From Eledone cirrhosa (taxonomy: Eukaryota): a DNA stretch of 64,000 nt. The translations under genes were made by a program, and so were the position numbers. The stretch lies in NCBI GenBank assembly GCA_964016885.1, contig OZ024743.1, positions 235,104,001 to 235,168,000 on the forward strand, in the 5' to 3' direction. The stretch's first letter is position 1; each line of letters begins with the position of its first letter. Positions 50,217 to 64,000 of this stretch are shown here, one piece after another. A model generated the notes under the pieces. That model ran no database searches. It saw only the letters and a list, made by a program, of their open reading frames with translations, and had not been told where the DNA came from.

Positions 50217-50539
50217 AAGGGTAGACCGATATGCATATATGATAGAACACGTTCTTGGCAGCTTGTTCGATTAATACGAGTAAATTACTGGTACATTAAC
50301 AGTGTGCCTTCTTCTTCTTCTTCTTCTTCTTCTTCTTCTTCTTCTTCTTCTTCTTCTTCTCCTCCTCCTCCTCTTCTTTTTCTTCTTCTTCATTATCATC
50401 ATCATCACCCCATCATCACCACCACCATCATTATCAGCCACAGCAACACTACCATGTTATTTTAATCATCATTATCAAAGCAACAGCGACATCGTCAAGA
50501 ACATTAAATCATTTTGATCATCATTATCAAAATTGGATT

Positions 50540-51356
50540 CTAGTGCTACCGGGGGGCACTGCCGGTTCGAGATAAACTCTACAGACACGGAAGTGCTGTC
50601 AGACGGACCTGCCCGAGATGCGCGCAGAGCGACGAAACCGTTCTGCACGCACTCGTTCAGTGTCCGTGCATTACTGACTTGTGGAGTTATCTTGAACAGC
50701 TGTTGTCGCGTGTAGAACGGATCCGGCTATCGGCCGAGTCCATAGTGAAGATCGACCCGCCGCCCTCTTTTGGCCAGGAAGGGCAGGCAATTTTCCTCTG
50801 TCTGGTGGCAGTAGCGAAAGAGGTTGTATGGTGGACGAGGTTGAAAGGACTGAAGACAGACACTTTTCTCTTTGGCCAATCCCTCATCAACTTTTTCAAG
50901 TTTCACTTGGAAAGGAAGGTGAGGGTGGAGAGAGAAGTGCTGCCCCCCCCCCCCCCCCCAGTACATTTGCTGAAAGGTGGGTGAATGTGACGAGAATGGC
51001 CCGTGTGAGTGGGCCTACTCTGGTCATGCGGCTGTAGGTAGGTAAATTTGAAGAGGAGAGGGGTACCCTTCCAGGGTGCTCTCGAAGCGTCGGGTCGTTC
51101 AGGACTGGTGGGGTACCTGAGCGAACCCTAGGTGGACATCCCTCCTATTGGGGAATTTTTTCTTGTAATTTTATTGTTACTTTATTGTTACTTTGTTATT
51201 GTTATTCATATTGTTTACTCGATTTTTCTGTAAAACCCCACTGTCCCAGTCTTTTGTATTGTCCCCTATATGTCGGCCCTTGTGACCAATAAATGAAATC
51301 GTCCTGTACTGTCCTTAATGTCTACTTTGTGTAAACCCTTGTGGTTAATAAAGAAA
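50540..51356 (+). mobile_element. Tx1/L1-clade LINE 3' end plus a second short 3' terminus
   Basis: RGALPVRDKL..TCPRCAQSDETVLHALVQC..W (zf-RVT-like CCHC); UTR ends CCCTTGTG..AATAAA at 51288 and again at 51347. Confidence 0.85.
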
Positions 51357-51369
51357 GCATTATTATATT

Positions 51370-51397
51370 CGTCGTCGTCATCATCATCATCATCACC

Positions 51398-51438
<41 letters not shown>

Positions 51439-51557
51439 CGTCATAATCGTCGTCGTCATCGTTATCGTCATCATCGTCATCATCGTTATCGTTATCGTCA
51501 TCGTCATCGTCATCGTCATCATCGTCATCATCGTCATCGTTATCGTCATCATCATCA
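51370..51557. repeat. Compound (ATC)/(AAT)/(GTC) microsatellite
   Basis: Direct inspection. Confidence 0.9.
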
Positions 51558-51749
51558 AATTACACATCTTGTTCTTTGATTATTCCTGAATAAAATATTG
51601 ATTCTGATGCATCTCTAGATGAGCAAAATTAATGAATAGCTTCACCCTCATTCACACAAGATTCTGATTGTATTTCGAAACTGTGTAATTATTAGACTTC
51701 TTCGCCTGTTATTTAAATCAGTATGTAAAAGTGGGAGTTAACCTACCTA

Positions 51750-51927
51750 CGAGAGTCGTCTGTAAAGTTCGTAGGCTGGAATAACCAAATGAGGTTTATT
51801 TTTCAACATTGTCCCTAGAAAGAAATAGTGCAGTTATTAATAAGAGTTGAAATTAATGCATGCGAGATTTCACATCGCTAGCATCACTTTTTCATGGTCA
51901 GCTTATGAACTTTTCAGCCGACCCTCG
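51750..51927. mobile_element. Mariner-derived MITE, copy 3
   Basis: TA|CGAG...CTCG|TA. Confidence 0.85.
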
Positions 51928-52019
51928 TATGTAATGTCTAAAGACTCATGAGTTCGATTCCAACCATTAATTTTGTATTATGTCCTATGTTTATTCTGTG
52001 TGTGAATTGAATTGAAATA

Positions 52020-52140
52020 ACCCTTGCCCTTTCCATCCCTTTCCTCTCATTTATAGTCCTTTGTAATACTACTTTCTTTTTTTTTATGTTTGATTAAATA
52101 TTAAATTCTTTATTATTTTTATGTAATTTTATCCTAGAAA
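52020..52140 (+). mobile_element. CRE-like 3' UTR fragment
   Basis: TAAATATTAAATTCTTTATTATTTTTATGTAATTTTATCCTA identical to 16925-16966. Confidence 0.65.
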
Positions 52141-55100
52141 TATTAATTATGCATGACTAGTTTTTGGTCAAATAAAACACTTTTAGTATCAACAAGATAA
52201 GGCCTTTACTGCCGTTGTTGTTTGTCGGGATAAATCCGTGTGTATAAAAATGACGTAATATATACAAGCATGTTAATAAAAGGATTAATCTTCAGCTAAT
52301 ATATCTTAGGGTGTGCCTTCCGACCAGAGTTTATGAGTGTAAGCAAGCCATAAAAGTAGTTACAAATCATCCACTACTGCCACGACAATTACTGTGAGAA
52401 CGTGACATTGAATAAAATTGTTAAAAAAGTTTAGATTGCGCATGCGATTTAATCTTCTTAATTACTTATATATGTTCACATTTGTGGACAAATTGATCGA
52501 ATTATGCGAAACATTTTAAGTAGATTCTAACTAGAGCAATTTATTTACAATTAAAAGAATTATTGTCAGCAAGTTCTGCTAAAATCTGAAGATTTCTCCC
52601 TTGGAAAATAATTCCCATAATGTTTCTGTAGTAAGATTGGTAGATCATTATAAAACTAGAATCTGTTTCATGAGGAAGTAGAACACGTTAGTTGAGAATA
52701 TAACAAATGTTATCATCAGAATTATTATTCTAAACAGAGAGGACCAGATAATGTGGCATCCTGGAACATGAAGTTTGGTTTAACCCATGAAGAACTAACG
52801 CTAACAAATCATATACTCTCTTAATAAAAGGGTGAAGTGCTGTTAGTATTTTAACATGACATGAGCTTTTATATATTACTTAGTGCATATTTTATTCAAT
52901 GGGAGTAAGATGGAGGAGGATGTCGACATACATAGAGCCGGAGAAGGAAATGACAGATGAGTTCTTGTTGGTGGAAAACAATTATAGTTATTGTTGTTTA
53001 GTCCCCAGATCAGGCTTCATTGAGTCAGAACTGGATTAGGTTATTGCAAAGCATATCGTATAAAGGGGCCTTAAATTACAAACAAAATATATGACCTAAA
53101 CTAACAGTTTACCTATTTTATCGAATTACATTTCAACTGCATATTTGAAAGACTAATGTATGTAGATCAGGTAATGCGAAATATATACAAGGGTTTCACT
53201 ATTTATTATTTTACTTAAAGTTTGATATTTATCTGTTAGCTGGCGTGTTTAAGACATTTAGAAGGTTAACTTTGGGGGACGACAGTTTAGATTCTGTTTA
53301 TTACATAGTGAATTTGAATAGATGAACATTTTTCTCTATAGATCCTGATTTCGTTTTGAACCAAACCTAAAAAATACGAAGCTTAAACACTACATTACAC
53401 GAACTCCATAACACATAGCATTGTTACTTAAACAACTAAGATGCACAAGTTAAATATGCTCTCTTAATACAGAGCCCTAATAAATGTAAATTTGTTTTCG
53501 TTGTCTTATGTTGAAACTGACTTTGGTTCACGAGATAAAGTTACAGTAGAAACTGTAGACAATAAAATATTTATCTATTTAAATATCTCAGTTTGGTTTA
53601 ATGGAAATGGTTAGCATTACGGTGTCTATAATATATTAGCAATAATCTGATTGATTTTAACCAGTTTTATTAAAGAGAAACTTGAAATAAATCTAGCTGA
53701 ATAGTGTTATGACTAGTTTAATATAACAAAATAGAGAAATGTCAAGAATGACAAGTATATTAATTACCATTCGACAAAAACGAAGTAAATCTGTCCATTA
53801 ATTATCACTATTCAATTCTATTGTTGTAATTTGCTTAATCTAAAGTATTCCAAGTATTGCGAGAGTACCTAGACTGGGGTAAATTTACCTCTAGGGGTTA
53901 AATTTACTGACATTGGATTTGTACTTTCTTTTTTCGATTATAATTGAAAACTGTTTGATGTTAAGAAGAAAATTTGCAGCAAAATTTGTTTACTAAAATA
54001 TTGTTTTATTTTCTTTCTACAGTTTTGGACTGTATTTTATTATCTCTGTCTTTCCTCTTTCTTAATGTTACATCCTATATTGCATCACGTGGCACCTCTT
54101 CGATCCAATAAAAGAGTCAATACATGTTGTTGTGTTGCCAATCTAACAGTCTAATTCAGAGAAGAATAACTCTTTCAATAATAAAAGACAAGGCAGAAAG
54201 AAAACTTCAACATGGCCGAATCATCTTCTCGATACGTCTTTATTTAAAAAATTCCAATTTGTCAGATATTGTATTACGGTAAAGATCTAAATTAAAATTG
54301 ATGAATAAAACAGGTTGAGAGTAAATTTACTGTTGAAAAATGTTCTACCCTTGTGGAACCCTTGAAATAGTTTTCATGTCTCAGGGAACCATTGCATAAA
54401 AATTATCATACACCATTATTAACATCTATCTCTTTTATATTTTTATCGTAGTTTGAAGCTTTTATCATAATAACCAAGGTTTTTCCAGCAATATGCCGTA
54501 CTTTTATAGTAAAATTATGAATATGAAATTAAACAAAAATTACTCAAAAATGCATTGGGTTATTTATCACTGTTTCTCGCGGAACTCCAAGTGACCTCTT
54601 GCGGAACCCTAGGGTTCCGGGGCATACCGGTTGAGAAACGCTGGTTTAGAGCATTTATCGTGAGATGGGGTGTCTTAGCTGTGAAAAGAACAAAATTAAA
54701 TGGGTAGTTATTATGTGATGAGGAAACAATAATTGTTTCTACTTTAGGCACAAGGCCAGCAACTACCCAGTGCATTACTGGTACTTTATTTTATCGACCC
54801 CGTAAGGATGAAAGGCAAAGTCAGAAACAATAATGTTTGAATTGTAGACATAAGAATAATCTCTTGTGCTTTTATGTGCTCAGAGGAATAGTTGAAGGGT
54901 TCTTCTATTTCTTCTTCATTATGCAAATATATCAGTACAGATAAGTATTTCCACATCATATTTCTGTTTCTCTTTTAGTCATTTCTGTTTTCCTTAAGAT
55001 CGATCTGTAATTTATTTACTAGTGGATTATTTACTAGTTGATATTTGCTCCAGAAAATATGCCTATGACGTTACAACCCAACCCAGTACACAACGGGAAG

Positions 55101-56009
55101 AAAGAACTGCTGCAAGGCATCACATCCAAAGCCCCAATAATCCCGCCAATCCACCCACTGTCCTGGAGTGGTACTTTACAAATCGATCCCGAAAGGATGA
55201 AATGTAAAGTTGACCTCGGTCGAATTTGAACTATCTTGAGGCATTTATTCCGACGCCCTAAAAGTTCGCCACCTTATCATATACCAAATATCGATGAATA
55301 TAATACAGAGTATTATGCACCAAATATTAACAAATATGTGATAATCGATCTTTTAACAGTCACCTCTCTCTTGTTTTCTTCATTTTGTCGCAATTTTGTC
55401 AACGAGAAAATAATGTTTAAATAAGCGAATTAAATTAAAACCAACCAATAATATGTTATATTAACAAGAACTATTTATTGCAAATGAAAGACACTCGAAT
55501 TCAGAAAAAGAAACAACACTTCACTGTTGAGGACTTCCGCAAAATGACCATCTGAGTCAATGTTAACCAAATATTTACTGCGAATATCTAAACTGCAATA
55601 TGTGACTCATCTTTGCAAAGAAGCTCTTCATATTTATTCTAATTATTATGCCAAATGCTCCTAGTCTATTGCTTAAGAGGATTTTTTCTCTCTCAATTCT
55701 AAGCAAAGTTCTCTTCAATTAGCTATGAAGCAAGGTCATCTTCAGCGAATATCAACATACTTCCACGTGTAGGAGTAGAATATTAATTTACTGATATTAA
55801 TTTAAGTACTTCCAATTTAAGGAGGCATGTGTTTATTACACTGACTTTACTACTTCATATTTACCTAACTCCAATTTTGATTAAGTTAGATTGGTTCAAG
55901 TTTCAGATGTCAACTAGATGACACTACTTTTAGTTGGTGTCAACAAGCAAAATATAGCCTGTTGGTCTGTTGTTTTTGTTGCAATTATTGTTTTATAAAA
56001 TAAAAATTT

Positions 56010-56647
56010 GGATAATGCGGTCCTGGGTTTTCTGCACACAGGAAAAGGGTTGGAATGCCTTTGATAATAGATCTGCTCGCTTAAGACTTAGGACTAAACA
56101 ACAACAACAACAACAGCAACAACAACAGCAGCAGCAACAGCAACTATAACAACAACAACACAACACGAGCGCTGCCAAAGGAGTCTCACTCTGTAGTCAC
56201 TTGTTTGTCACTTGCTAGAAATAGCAACCATAAAATAGCAACTTATAAAATCGAACGTATTGGATAATACAGTCCTACATATAGTATTTCAGCAAACAGA
56301 CTGGGTAGTCATGGTTAAAACTCTTTTGGTCAGAAGGCTGCTAGATCACGACTGACATGGGGATAAATAATAACAATTATGTATACTATGTACTAGCTAA
56401 ACACTATACTAGATATACTTTATAAATATTATCCTATATATTGCATTTAAATAGACAAGCTAACTAAATTACTTCTATAGCCAAATCTTCAAATTACACC
56501 TGACCATCTTAATAGAAAAAGATACATTGGATAATATAGTCCTCGATACAGTACATCAGAGAAAAATACATGATGGTCACATCTGGAAGCCCTATAGTAA
56601 TATGTCTAGTGGATCAGGGCTAACCTGAGACTAAACTACTACTACTT

Positions 56648-56712
<65 letters not shown>
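56010..56712 (+). mobile_element. Three tandem family C elements with (CAA)n/(CTA)n tails
   Basis: Repeated TTGGATAAT..AGTCCT...GATCA.G.CT.AC.TG.G.CTAAAC motif. Confidence 0.65.
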
Positions 56713-57333
56713 GAGATGTGTGGGTCATCTGATATGTATGGATGATATTAAACTAACAAAGCAGATTTTTACTCATAGTTGAAACAGGGCTCAAGTGATG
56801 CAGTTGGTCATAGTAAGAGCTATGACGACCTCAAAAGCAGCTTCAAAAAGTGCAACGTGACTTTCATTGCATACTTTGGAGATTTTTTTCGAAGTGGCAT
56901 CCAGTTTTGTTTTGTTTTACAGTGTTGCTAGTCTATAGGCTCTATCTGCTCTCGTTTTTTGGATTAGAAGTTTCATGTAAAACCACTAAGAGATGGGTGA
57001 GCATTTCACCACCTTCTATTCTATCAATTCTACTGTTCCTAGGTTGAGTTTTGTATCGCATGCTTTTCCTTTTGTAAATTAACAATCTATTCGTTACTGT
57101 TAATCATACACACATATGTAGATGAAATCAGTCGCTGCTCCTCTTTAACCCTTCAAGCATGCAACCTACTGCGAGACATTCCTTGCTACTATGAACAGGG
57201 AGGAGACCTTGAAGGCTTCCTGTAATTAATACATGACCACTTAAGTCTCATTCAACAACAAGGCACAATACTACACCCCCAGTCAGATAGAAGAATAAGA
57301 GCATTCCATCAAAATGGAAAAAAGGCATGAATA

Positions 57334-57528
57334 CAGGGGTAGGCTTAAAAATTCATAGGCTGACTATGAAAGTGTGATGCTAGAGTTGTGAAATTTTGCA
57401 TGCATTAATTTTAACTTGTATTAATAACTGCATTGTTTCTTTCCAGGGACTATGTTGAAAAATGAACCTCATTTAGTCGTTCCATGGGAGTATCTTGGTC
57501 AGCCTATCAACTTTTCAGCCGACCCTCT
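57334..57528. mobile_element. Mariner-derived MITE, copy 4 (opposite orientation)
   Basis: TA-flanked TIRs; contains GGG GAC TAT GTT GAA AAA (GDYVEK, a mariner transposase end). Confidence 0.8.
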
Positions 57529-57534
57529 TATCTC

Positions 57535-58096
57535 GGAGCCGTCCGTCTTCATGAGTGAATGAAGGCAGGCGGCTGATTTAAGCGCAAGAATTGCTAGAGC
57601 TGGCGCATTGTTGCACCAGGTTCAGCATTCGATAATTCGAATGGAGGTAGGTGTAAAACCCAAACTCGCTATCTTCAATTCGATATTCGTGTCAACCCTT
57701 ATCTGTGGTCTTGAATCTTGAGTAATGACCGAAAGAAACGATCGCGAATACAAGCGGCCGAAATGGAGTTCCTCAATAGAGTACGTAGCTCGGAGATCAG
57801 ATAGTTGCTTCAGGTAGAGCTGCTACTTCTCCGAATTGAGAGATCACAGCCCCGATATTACGGTCATGTAGTTAGAATATCCTAGGAAAGAATCGTTTGA
57901 CATATTTTACGGACAAAACCAACTGGCAGGAAACCCTGAGCAAGATGGTTGGATCAATTGGAGACGGTTGTTTCTAACAAAACTCACCGGAAGGAATGCT
58001 TGAGGACTCTGCCTCTACAACCCTCTAATGAATAAGTGGGCGAAGAAGAAGAAGAAAAAGAAGAAGAAGAAGAAGAAGAAGAAGAAGAAGAAGAAG
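57535..58096 (+). pseudogene. RTE LINE 3' end with (GAA)n tail
   Basis: KLAIFNSIFVSTL..ES*VMTER..SRIQAAEMEFL..VRSSEIR..LLLRIERSQ..YGHVVR. Confidence 0.85.
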
Positions 58097-58258
58097 CCTT
58101 TCCTTTAACATATTTACACAAATATATTCCTTCCCATATTGTCCTACACATACATACACACCATCATGATCATGATCATGATCATGATCATCATGATCAT
58201 CATCACTATCTGTCTCTCACACATACACGCATTACTAATTAACAAACTCACACATCCG

Positions 58259-58313
<55 letters not shown>

Positions 58314-58749
58314 TTAATGGTTTGGCTATTTTGAAATAGGGCCTAAAAAATTCAGCGAAAAGGAAAAGATGACAGCTAGATTCCTAACTCCAAAAGTCTG
58401 ATCTGGAGAAAATGAGAACTAACGAAAATATAACTGAAGAGTTTGTGTAAATGAAATAGATTGATTGTTCTGAAAACATTAATAGACGAAGAGAAAATGC
58501 GTAAGTATGTATTACATAGATGTGGAATGGTATTACAGAGACTCCTCTACAAGGAGTAGCAAAACCAACACTTGGAAGCGAAGGAAGAACTAATAGAAAA
58601 AGATGGATTACACAGATTTCAGCGCAAGGAGAGGGTGCGCTGGACAAATCGTAACATATATCATACAACAGACAAGTGAAATGAAAATGCCATTTAGCCT
58701 GTTACTCATTTTACTTGTACTGTAGCCACGTGTTTACCAATGTTTTGTA

Positions 58750-58892
58750 GTGAAAGAGTCACTCGCTGGGAAGAAAAACTTACCCCATCTGTAACAACAA
58801 CGGAGCTAATGGCGAACGAGGCACTGCTCCCTGGAGCAGACACAAACTATGCAGTCTGGAAATGCCTAAACAAACTAAGATCTGGTGTTTAG
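58750..58892 (+). pseudogene. LINE C-terminal fragment (Ingi/Vingi-like)
   Basis: LPGADTNYAVWKCLNKLRSGV resembles the W..LNRLRTG motif. Confidence 0.5.
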
Positions 58893-60685
58893 ACATACGA
58901 AATTCCAATACATATCTGTACACAGCTATGCTCGAAGCTAAATTATAATTCTATTCTATTATAAGTTGAGGCAACTTATACAGCTTCATATGCAAATGAG
59001 ATTAATCACCTCATTTACACAGACGAGAAAACTATATATTCTCACCTGTTTTCAAGTCCAGCAGTTACAAGAGCGGGAGAGATCGTCATGATGAGAACCA
59101 GATAAGTTCGAAATGCATCGACGATTGTCACCCTTGCTTCTACTGGACACCGCCGGGTGGCAATAGCCGCCGGTGTTTTTTGCATAGCTACGTCTTTCTA
59201 TGTGTTTATTTATAAACACACACACACATATATATAAATAGCATGACTGCTCTTATATTTACACCTATTCATAGGTGTGTATAGGTAGGGGGTGGTATAT
59301 TTATGTGTATAGTTTGAGAACTCTTATCCGTTCAAAGTGGTCTCAAGAGGCCGCCGCTGTTTATTAGTGAATGTGAAGTGAGAGACAAGCTCTTTAAGTG
59401 ATTTCCACGACAATGTGTCTCTCGCTTCCGCTTGCAGGAAGTCAAATTCTCGGGTCTGATTGTGACAGATATCTTTGGACTGTACAAACGGGACCGATAC
59501 GAGAATCAATACATTTAGGCACCCATGGATTCCCATGCAGTATTCCAAATAACTGGAAATTGGATGACCCCCACGCCCACCACCACCTTAAAAGTAAAGC
59601 ATTTTATTCAACAAATTTTAATTTAATTATATAATGTTTGCAATAAAAAGAGAGAAAAAAAAAAAAATGAAAGTAAGAGAAAAAAGTGGGAGACAAATTC
59701 TACACCAGGCATGGGCAGCCGTGTTCGAGCAGTGGGCTACGTGAGATATGGCTCGTCATAAGACAAGTCGCTTTACTAAAAGAAATCCAAGCTAATTTCC
59801 TTCTAGGCCGGGTCATTCGGAAAACAAAACGGGTCGCAATTTGTTTATAACTGATCTGCAATCCGTTCTTGGCGGTATATCTCAGCTGGTCATTCCAATA
59901 ATTGTTTCTACTTTTGGAACAAGGCCAGCAATTATCCCAATTATTTTATCGACCCCGTAAGGATGAAAGACAAATTCCAATAATGTTATACAGTGTGTCA
60001 GTCTGTCGGAAAGGAGGTCTTCTGTGTAAAGCTTATCATTGTAATTCTTAGTTTTACAAAACATAAGAAAGAAAGAAAGAAGGAAAGAGAGAGAGAGAAA
60101 GAAAGAAACAAACGAATAACGAAAGAAACAAAGAAATGGCGAAAGAAACAAAGAAGGAAAGAAAGAAAGAACCAAACAGACAAAGAAATAACGAAAGAAA
60201 GATAGCATTATTTTCGCCAGCAACAAACACTACAACTTTCTATGAAATATTCAACACAACTTGTCTTTGTTCTTTTGAAAAAATGCTTAGAAAATGAGAA
60301 GTGTGCATTATTGTAGTTTAGACGTGCACAAGGCACCGCCCAAACTCTGTAAGTAATATTCTATCAACAAACTTTACGACAAACAAAAGGCTATCGGTTA
60401 CAGACGTAACATCTATAAGTCATTTTGACTGTAACTGAATGTTAGATTAAAAAAAGTTGAACAAAGAACTAAAATGTGTAGCTAACATGTTATTTCGCAT
60501 CATTTTACTCTGGCCATTTGTGTTGTATGTCTTTTATCACCATTTAACACAAGACTAATTAACTGGCGAATAAAGTAAATACGCTGATGGATGTCTATTT
60601 TAACAATAAATTGATACCACTCCCCACTCCCCCACGCAGAAAGAGAGTGGGGGAAGAGAAGAGAGAGAGGGGATAAAAAGAGAGA

Positions 60686-60728
<43 letters not shown>

Positions 60729-60964
60729 TCAGTTGTCAAAATCTTTTACTGACAGAAATTTGATGTTGGCACGCGTCCATTTCTGGGTATTGTGATGATA
60801 AATTGAATCAAGGGTTACCACTTTTTGATCACAAAGCTCTCTCTCACCCTCTCTCCCTCACCCATCTCTCTCTCGCTATGAGTGTGAATGCGCGCGTGCG
60901 AGTATGCATGTGTGCGCAGATTATTGTCGTTGTGTATCATATATGGGATATATATTGTACATGT

Positions 60965-61318
60965 GAAGGTGCATGGCTTTGTGGTTAGAGTGTCGGATTC
61001 ACAATCGTGAGGTTGTGAGATCCATTCCTGGACCTTGAGCAAGACACTTTATTTCACGTGGCTCCAGTTTACTCAGCTGTAGAAATGAGTTATGACGTCG
61101 CTGGTGCCAATTTGTATCGGTTTTAGCCTTTCCCCTTGGACAACATTCGTAACATGGATAGGGGAGACTAGTATACATGGGCCACTGCTGGTCTTCCACA
61201 AAAACACCTTGCCCGGACTGATGCCTCAGAGAGGAAACTTTCTTGATGCAAATCCCATGGTCATTTCTGACCGATGGTGTCTTTTTTATACAGTGATGAA
61301 CCATTTGAGAGAGAATGA
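60965..61318 (+). mobile_element. CORE-type SINE (family B variant)
   Basis: GGCTTTGTGGTTAGAGTG head; CCTTGAGCAAGACACTTTATTTCAC core. Confidence 0.7.
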
Positions 61319-61340
61319 AAGAAAATGAGCAAAAATAATA

Positions 61341-61412
<72 letters not shown>

Positions 61413-61660
61413 GGGACGGCTGTCGAAGAAGCAGCACCACGCGTTCGGCTGGTCCACTCTATCATGAAAAGAAAATATTTTTCGGGGAAATTATTGGATT
61501 TTTCCAAGTTTAAAGGTTTCTTAGAAACTTTCAATGTTTATTTTAGGTTTTGCCGTCTGAAGAGCGCAGGCTATCTTAACTGATAGTCCCCAGTGAAATA
61601 TGTATAACGGAGATTTAAATAAACCTGAATCAACTGAATATGGTCTCCGATCTTTTATTA

Positions 61661-61698
<38 letters not shown>

Positions 61699-61699
61699 C

Positions 61700-64000
61700 T
61701 GTGTACATACTAACTGGCACTGTGACGTCAAAAATGACCGCTAATAAAAGGAGCCGGAACTGTTCGGGGTGCGGCTGCTTCCACCACCTCACCTGTGTTG
61801 GCTTGACACGTCGAGCTTCCAGTGCCCTCGCAGCGTGGAGATGCAGGAACTGCCTCTTCTCCACGTCTGCCCAGCCACGGCCGTCTCGCACACCACCAGA
61901 TGAGACAGCGAGCTTGCCTGACGCCCAAACCTCGCTGGTCAACATCGCTCGGCTCAGGCGGCTTCGGAAGATCCCAGTCAGGATCCCGAGAGCGGCCCGG
62001 GTTCAGGTAGCCGATGCCCTCGCCTCCTCGATTGAGAGCGCCCTGGAATCCAATCGAGCCATCGACTGGGAGCGACTCTTTTATTTCGCCCCACTCGCCT
62101 TCGGCCACTCCAGCTCTGACGCTGACCGGGGCGGTCGGTCGACGGTAGCCTTCGTCAAGGCCAATGTTTCGTCCTTTGGGCAAGCGCCCATTCCAAGCGT
62201 GCCTAGGGACGCCACACACCCAACCCTCGGGTACACCCAATCCTCCACCTCTGAGGCCAGCGCCAAGCATTTGCTCGACCACGTAAATGCTAAATTAATC
62301 ATGGGTGATGTCTCGGCCGCAGTCAGAGTGGTTGCCTCAGAGGACACTGCCCTCCAACCCACCGAGGAGGTCCTGGCTGCCCTGCGACTCAAGCACCCTG
62401 AGCCACCCATTGATCTCAGACCCATACCCCCACCCGACCCCACTTGCTCCTTGTGGCTTCTGTTGCAGACATCATGTCCGCCATCAAATCCTTCCCAGCT
62501 AGCAGCAGCGGAGGTGCTGATGGTCTCCGACCAGGCCACCTCAAGAACTGCTATCCCCACTTTCCGCTAAGGATGGGCGCCGCCTTCTGAGAGCAATTGT
62601 GGTGCTCACCAATAGGCTCATCCATGGCACCCTGGACCCTCACGGCCGAGGCCTCTTTTTTTCGGCTAGCCTCACCGCTCTCAGGAAGAAAGAGGGGGAA
62701 ATACGCCCCATCACAGTGGGCAATGTGTTCCGGAGGCCTGTTGCCAAGGTGGTCTGCAGGTCCATAACACCCGAACTGGGTGAGGAGTTCAGTCCGGTGC
62801 AACTGGTGTCAGCGTGTCCGGTGGCTGTAAGGGGGCTGCACATGCAACCAGGCAGTTCTTCAACAGCTGCCCACCGGAACCGGCATCCAGGGACTCCAGG
62901 CACCTCACTGTCAAGCTTGACATGAGGAATGCCTTCAACTGCTTACGCCGGGACCATCTGCTCGATGCCTGCCTCTACCGAGCCCCCTCTGCCTACCCGC
63001 TGGCCTACCTGTCGTATGGAGCCCCGAGCATGCTCCTTGCTGCTGATACGATCATACCTTCGACCACTGAAGTCCAACAGGGCGACCCTTTGGGACCCCT
63101 CCTATTTGCCCTTGGTATAGACCACATCGCCCGGTGTATCACGACCCCTCTCAATGTTTGGTATCTGGATGATGCTACGTTGGGCGGGCCTGTAGAGACT
63201 GTCTGCCATGACCTACAATCGGTCGTTCCTGCCCTGGCGGGAATCGGCCTCCAGGTCAATTCGTCCAAGTCGGAGGTGGTGAATGTCAGCCACAATGCTG
63301 AGAGCTTTGCAGCCTCCGTCTCGGACGTGCGGTCCATTCTCCCCCAGGTACAGGTGACTCCCAAAGAGGGTGTCCTCATCCTCGGGTCACCGATCCACCC
63401 GCCGGCCATCCGCTCCACCATCAGGTCCAGGCTTCAACAACTCCAGACTATCACGAGCCGACTGGGCTTGATCGACGGCCACCCAGCCCTCTTTCTGTTG
63501 AGGAACTGCTTCGCTATGCCGCAGCTCCTCTATACCCTTCGCAGCGCTCCGTGCTACACCCACACATCTCTCCTCAGATAGGCAATGTCAAGTTTGACGA
63601 CATTGGATGGCAACAGGCCACTTTACCTGTCAGGTATGGCGGCCTTGGCCTCCGGTCCCCGATCTCAATGCCTTTGCCGGCGTTCTTTCGTCGGTAACCT
63701 CGTGCCGCATCCTCGCCAGCAGGGTTCTTCTAAACACAATAGAACCCTCTGTGTTTAGAGAACGTGAGGCCGCCTGTGAGACGTGGGACCGGCTGGGACT
63801 TAGCCCAGTAGACGTCCCTCCTCCTTCTCCCCCTGTTGACGTCAAGTCCCCGCAAAGCACTTGGGATGCCATCCAGTGCAGCCTGACCTCAGACAGGCTT
63901 ACGCGCCAGCTCGATCAGCACCACCTTGCCTGTTTTCGTGCGGCCTCCAAACCCCACAGTGGTGCCTGGCTCCATGCCCTGCCCTCCTTCTCCACTGGCA
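61700..64000 (+). mobile_element. CRE-clade non-LTR retrotransposon, frameshifted, truncated by the window end; PHD-like finger plus RT
   Basis: ATG 61734; CSGC..HLTC..WRCRNC; AIKSF..GGADGLRPGHLK; IRPITVG..RR; KLDMRNAFN; VQQGDPLGPLLF; WYLDD; LGSPI; QATLPVRYGGLGLR; SGAWLHALP; markedly more GC-rich than the flanks. Confidence 0.9.

Noticed and set aside
61728-63872. Long minus-strand ORFs over the CRE element
   Set aside because: Antisense shadows of GC-rich coding sequence

Overview
This is AT-rich, microsatellite-dense eukaryotic (metazoan) intronic or intergenic DNA. The SINE families look like those of octopus; this is recognition, not a database result. Nearly everything identifiable is transposon-derived: more than 20 copies of a tRNA-headed SINE, CORE-type SINEs, RTE, Tx1, CR1-like and R4/Dong-like LINE fragments, Helitrons, mariner/hAT/piggyBac MITEs, and a long frameshifted CRE-clade retrotransposon with an N-terminal PHD-like finger that runs off the right end. 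No complete host gene is visible; there is one candidate first coding exon (21141-21104, minus). The most striking signal, absent from the ORF track, is about 15 type I hammerhead ribozyme motifs from roughly 8 sequence-distinct Penelope-like (PLE) families. Most lie in or beside (TA)n tracts. Many sit in fold-back modules with a ribozyme on each strand, and most families carry their own palindromic stem/loop III. Coordinates were read by eye, so element edges are approximate unless a TSD or terminal motif is quoted.
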